A stretch of 64,000 nt of DNA, taken from NCBI RefSeq assembly GCF_009914755.1, contig NC_060945.1, one strand, 5' to 3'. The position numbers were made by a program, and so were the translations under genes. This stretch comes from the human T2T-CHM13v2.0 reference genome, Homo sapiens. The number at the start of each line of letters is the position of its first letter. The stretch's first letter is position 1. The notes under the pieces are model-generated. The model saw only the letters and a program-made list of their open reading frames with translations. It had not been told where the DNA came from and made no database searches. This document shows positions 59,948 through 64,000 of the stretch, piece after piece.

Positions 59948-60756
59948 GCTGAATGAGACAAATAGGGTTCCCACATCAAGTGCCTGGGCTCCTGTTATAA
60001 CCTGGACTGTGCTTCCAATGACTTCTCTTGTTTCTGTTTTGGTAAACCCATCATTTGGCTTAGTCCCTATCCTTGCCATGCTCGCCCACCAGTAGGTGGA
60101 CCTCCTTGACTATAACTACAGACATAGATCTTCGATTGTTTCTTTTCAAATGTTTGCTTACTTTAGATCTGCAGTCAAATGTTGTTTTGACCATAAGACT
60201 CTGAGGGTGTGTGTGGTTGAAACTGTCTTGAGACTCAAAGAGCTATTGAGGAAGGGATTTGGTAGCTGAACTCTTTTGAAGTTTTTCTCTGTCTCTCACA
60301 CATCTGGGGCTCAATAGTTTAATATATTGTTTAATTTCTACATCAATGATAGTTTAATTGGCATCCATGCAAGTCAGTTCTGCTGGGAGTTTATTATCCT
60401 ACTCCAATAGCAAGTAAAGCATTCCTTAAATATAGTGTATGTATAAATTCTACATGGTAAGTGAAGCTGTCTTTATGAATTGCTGCTATAGAATATACTA
60501 GATTGTGTAGGTTTTAGTACAATCCAGGTAATTATCAAGCCTTTGTAATATTTTCAGGAAAGTGATCCTTTCACTTCAGTTTATGGAACTTGGAAAGTTT
60601 TCAGTTACCACCCACTTGTTAGATCATAAACTTAATTCTATGTATCTGAATTTATTTTTCTATTTATAAATTTATCTGGATGTTTTCTCAAAGGTTTCCC
60701 AGATTAAAAACCTATGGCTTTGTAAAATTAAAACAGAAGTAATAAGAATTGTGTTA

Positions 60757-61090
<334 letters not shown>

Positions 61091-61227
61091 CTAGAATCAT
61101 ACAATGAGAGAGATTGTATAGCCCTTTTAATTGTCCATAATGGATACATTTCTTTTTCTGTGTAATAGTTTATCAGAATGAAAAAAAAGACTCACTGAAC
61201 ACTGATAAATTTCTCTCTCTCTCTCTC

Positions 61228-61498
<271 letters not shown>

Positions 61499-63589
61499 TG
61501 ATGATTTTCATTTAATGGTGTTCTACAAAGTGAGTTCAGGCAATGAAAGCACACATGTCATCTACAGTTTACCAGAAAGTAGTACCGGTCACCAGCATTG
61601 AAACATACTCCTAACACTGGAAAATTTCTTCAGCAGCCAGAATTAATCTCAGATTTTGAGACTGGAGCAAAGACTAATTTGGTATGTGTTCATTCAGATT
61701 AGTAAATCTCCATGGTGTTCAAACTGTATAATATCAAATCTAAAATAAGTCAAAAGAGTTGAACCATATCTCATCTCTGAGAAAAAAAATGCATTATTTT
61801 CAACAGATTTAAGACTGAATTTAAAATCCAACTGCCTATTCCAGTGTATGTTTCTCTAGAATAAGGCCAAGCCCTACAAATTCTGGATAGTGTCCTCCAA
61901 GTTGTGTTTAAGTGATAATTGATAAATCTATGGTTTAGATACATATGGAATTCCATATAACTCTAGCTCCAGCCTTTGTGAGTAAAAATTGGCAGTGATC
62001 ATGGCCTTAATGGGGGCATGTGGTTAATTGGAATTTTCAGTACCAAAAGTCGTCTTCTTACTAGTTTATCAGGGTACCTTATAATAGTATCCGTAACTCA
62101 TTGCCCACTTGTCTGTTTTGATTTCTTTTTTAAAAAGACAATTTTAAACTTAGAGGATTTGTACCTCAAGTCACATATGCGGCACATTTATAAAATAATC
62201 ATGCCTTTGCATATTTTTCCTTTGATATCTTAGCTATATATCCAAGCCATTTATGTTTTTTAATTGCCACAAATATTGCACTGAAATAGAGCACTAGTTG
62301 CAAAAATGCCTGGTATAACATTTCTTCTTGTACTTGAAAGTTATTTTAATACCCCATGTTTAAGATATTCCTAGACAACTATATGTAACTATAATTATTT
62401 CTGCTAGGTAGAAACATCTTTGTGGTCAACATTTGTGAAGTGCCTTGTAAATAAAAACATGCTTGAGTAGAAATAGTATTTTGCAAATATAGCCCTAAAT
62501 AGAGCTACTGATTTTACCAAGAATTAAAGACTCCAAACTCTGTCTTTGTCTTTCAAATTTGGTTTATAGGAACATCTCATTACAATGAGCAAAAAGCCTA
62601 TATGATCATTAATGAGATAATTTTGACACTTCTAAATGACACAGCTAATTTGTAGTAGGTTTTTGAAGTGCAAATTACATGTTTCTGTTTAAATAATGAC
62701 AGTAAAATATAGACACTATGTATTCACACTCTATATACACAACTAACTCCAACTTGTCTCTAGAAGAAAAGTTTAATTTTTCAGGTCTCATCCATAAAAT
62801 GAAGTGTTAATAAGCTGTATCTTTATTCTCACTTTTAAGTAATTTCTTCTTAACCATTGTATAACACTACTACAGTTTGTATGGAGATAAAATAACTCAT
62901 TGTGAGAAATCCAGTTCTTTAAAGAAATGATTTTACCTTCAATCACTTTTAGGATATCTATGGTTTTAGAGTAAGGATGAAAATTTATAAACATTTGTTA
63001 AATTATGCAACTGTTTTTGAAGATGTTTCAAAATTACACTTTCCTTATTTTACAACTAGTTTTCATATATTCACAAATGAGACACATGAGAATTATTAAT
63101 GCAAAAGCATAGCATATCAATAAAGTTTATAATGTAAATAGTTTAGTTAGGAAAGAATGTAATGAGTGAATTATCAAAGCTATTTTATTGGTTCCTAGAT
63201 TTACCATAGAAGAAAATAAAGCAGCCTTATAAAAATTTCTCAGCACTGAGTCCATTTAAGGTCTATTTTGTATGCTGTAAGTTCTACAAAATGTTATTGC
63301 TGGTAAAAATAGGGTACATATCTAAAATTGTCTTTTTAAAGGTTCTTTCTTATTCTTCTTCCCTTCCTATGTGTGCACAGAATAATGTCATCGTCTTGAT
63401 TGGAACACTGTCTCTCTTTCTCAGAGGGTGTACATTTGTAGAAGGGAGAAAATATTTGTTAATTTTGCTTCCTATAAAATAAGGTCTCAATGGTTGAAGG
63501 TCAGTTAACAAACTTTTTTTTTGGTCTTCATACTATTATCTTGGAATTACCAACTGGCTTCTATTTAGATTTTGAATAATGAAAGAAAA

Positions 63590-63815
63590 GAACTAGCATT
63601 TGTTAGAACTTACTGTGTTCCAGAAACTTTACTGATGCCATTTCTTCTCATTATCACATTCATTCTTTCAATTAGTATTATTTTTTTCCATCTTAATAAG
63701 GTGGGACCAGAGGTTTTGTAATATCCACTAACCCACTGTGGATTTCATGGCTTGCAAGAGGAAGAAAGCATGGTGGAACTCAGGTTTCTCGGATTCCAAA
63801 TTCACATCCTTTCAT
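63590..63815 (-). mobile_element. MIR-like relic
   Basis: actagcatttgttagaacttactgtgttccaga...ggaactcaggtttctcggattccaa. Confidence 0.5.
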
Positions 63816-63897
63816 GTCTCCATGAAAAATAGAAAAGATAAATTGGGCTCTATTTTAACAAGAAAAACACAATTTTTCGTCATTTAAATGAATAATT

Positions 63898-64000
63898 CTT
63901 TTTTATTTTATTTTATTTTATTTTTATTATTATACTTTAAGTTTTAGGGTACATGTGCACATTGTGCAGATTAGTTACATATGTATACATGTGCCACGCT
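63898..64000 (-). mobile_element. Young L1PA (PA2/3-like) 3' end, continuing beyond the window
   Basis: (TTTTA)n tail then tatactttaagttttagggtacatgtgcacattgtgcag. Confidence 0.9.

Overview
Primate (human-like) non-genic DNA made almost entirely of interspersed repeats. I see no intact host protein-coding gene, RNA gene or CRISPR array. The left ~26 kb is a stack of nested retroelements. An L1MA-type LINE is cut by a MER52-like LTR, followed by a MER4-group ERV1 internal region with an env remnant. That ERV carries a TSD-flanked 5.3-kb L1PA7/8-like element and a dense Alu cluster. An abrupt junction near 18.3-18.9 kb leads into a pol-deleted HERV-K(HML-3)/MER9 provirus inserted in the dUTPase region of a HERV-K(HML-1)/LTR14 provirus, itself inserted in an L1. 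The right ~29 kb is AT-rich and Alu-poor, with old LTR, DNA-transposon, MIR and L2 relics and a full-length L1PA4/5. The best observation is that the 5.3-kb L1 is a reverse-transcribed spliced RNA: its 5'UTR is joined exactly from the nt ~98 donor to a downstream acceptor, and both sites are visible unspliced in the second L1 of the window. I found no evidence for a new biological system. Repeat subfamily names come from recalled consensus sequences and need Dfam/RepeatMasker confirmation.
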